Part shown: positions 19,591-20,000 of the stretch, piece by piece
How the letters are laid out: each line of letters starts with the position of its first letter
How positions within the stretch are numbered: position 1 is the first letter of the stretch
From: Malacoraja senta
Lineage: Eukaryota
Reading direction: 5' to 3'
NCBI GenBank assembly: GCA_038087875.1
Contig: JAXLNO010000481.1
Location: 55,556 to 75,555, forward strand
DNA length: 20,000 nt
Made by a program: the position numbers and the translations under genes
The notes under the pieces: generated by a model
Seen by the model: only the letters and a program-made list of their open reading frames with translations
Database searches by the model: none
Told to the model about the DNA's origin: nothing

Positions 19591-20000
19591 AGCTGGGACA
19601 TGTTGGCCGGTGTGGGCAAGTTGGGCAGAAGGGCCTGTCTCCATGCTGTATCACTCTATGACTTAGGTGTAGCTGGGACATGTTGGCCGGTGTGGGCAAG
19701 TTGGGCTGAAGGGCCTGTCTCCATGCTGTATTCACACAGAGAGTGGTGAATCTCTGGAATTCTCTGCCACAGAAGGTAGTTGAGGCCAGTTAATTGGCTA
19801 TATTTAAGAGGGAGTTAGATGTGGCCCTTGTGGCTAAAGGGATCAGGGGTATAGAGAGAAGGCAGGTTACAGGATACTGAGTTGGATGATTCAGCCATGA
19901 TGATATTGAATGGCGGTGCAGGCTCGAAGGGCCGAATGGCCTACTCCTGCACCTATTTTCTATGTTTCTAATGTTTCTATGTTACTATGACTAGTGTAGC
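19591..20000 (+). repeat. 80-bp tandem repeat of a CR1/SINE 3' UTR, interrupted by a young CR1
   Basis: 19591-19651 is repeated at 19671-19731. The unit resumes as CTATGACTAGTGTAGC at the window end. Confidence 0.8.
19731..19984 (+). mobile_element. 5'-truncated young CR1 3' end
   Basis: FTQRVVNLWNSLPQKVVEAS..AIFKRELDVALVAKGI, UTR and CTATGTTT tail. Highly similar to 2145-2395. Confidence 0.92.

Overview
Repeat-dense vertebrate genomic DNA. The repeat set (esterase-ORF1 CR1, Penelope-like, Rex-Babar, HERO, DIRS) suggests a cartilaginous fish, probably a skate or ray; this is inference. Bases 38-740 are a non-autonomous Helitron-like element. It directly abuts a structurally complete but coding-dead DIRS1-type tyrosine-recombinase retrotransposon (741-8639) with inverted terminal repeats and an internal complementary region (ICR). 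The DIRS is split by a young, nearly intact antisense CR1 LINE (2145-5409). The rest holds CR1, Rex-Babar, Penelope-like (with hammerhead cores), HERO-like and hAT-like fragments, plus a ~1-1.3 kb local duplication (10129-11103 / 17511-18837). The most notable non-TE signal is three paralogous, symmetric phase-1 candidate exons on the minus strand (96, 96 and 93 nt). Each encodes an S/T/P/G/E/Q-rich 31-32 aa unit ending in DTSS, implying that much of the window is intron of a host gene growing by exon duplication.
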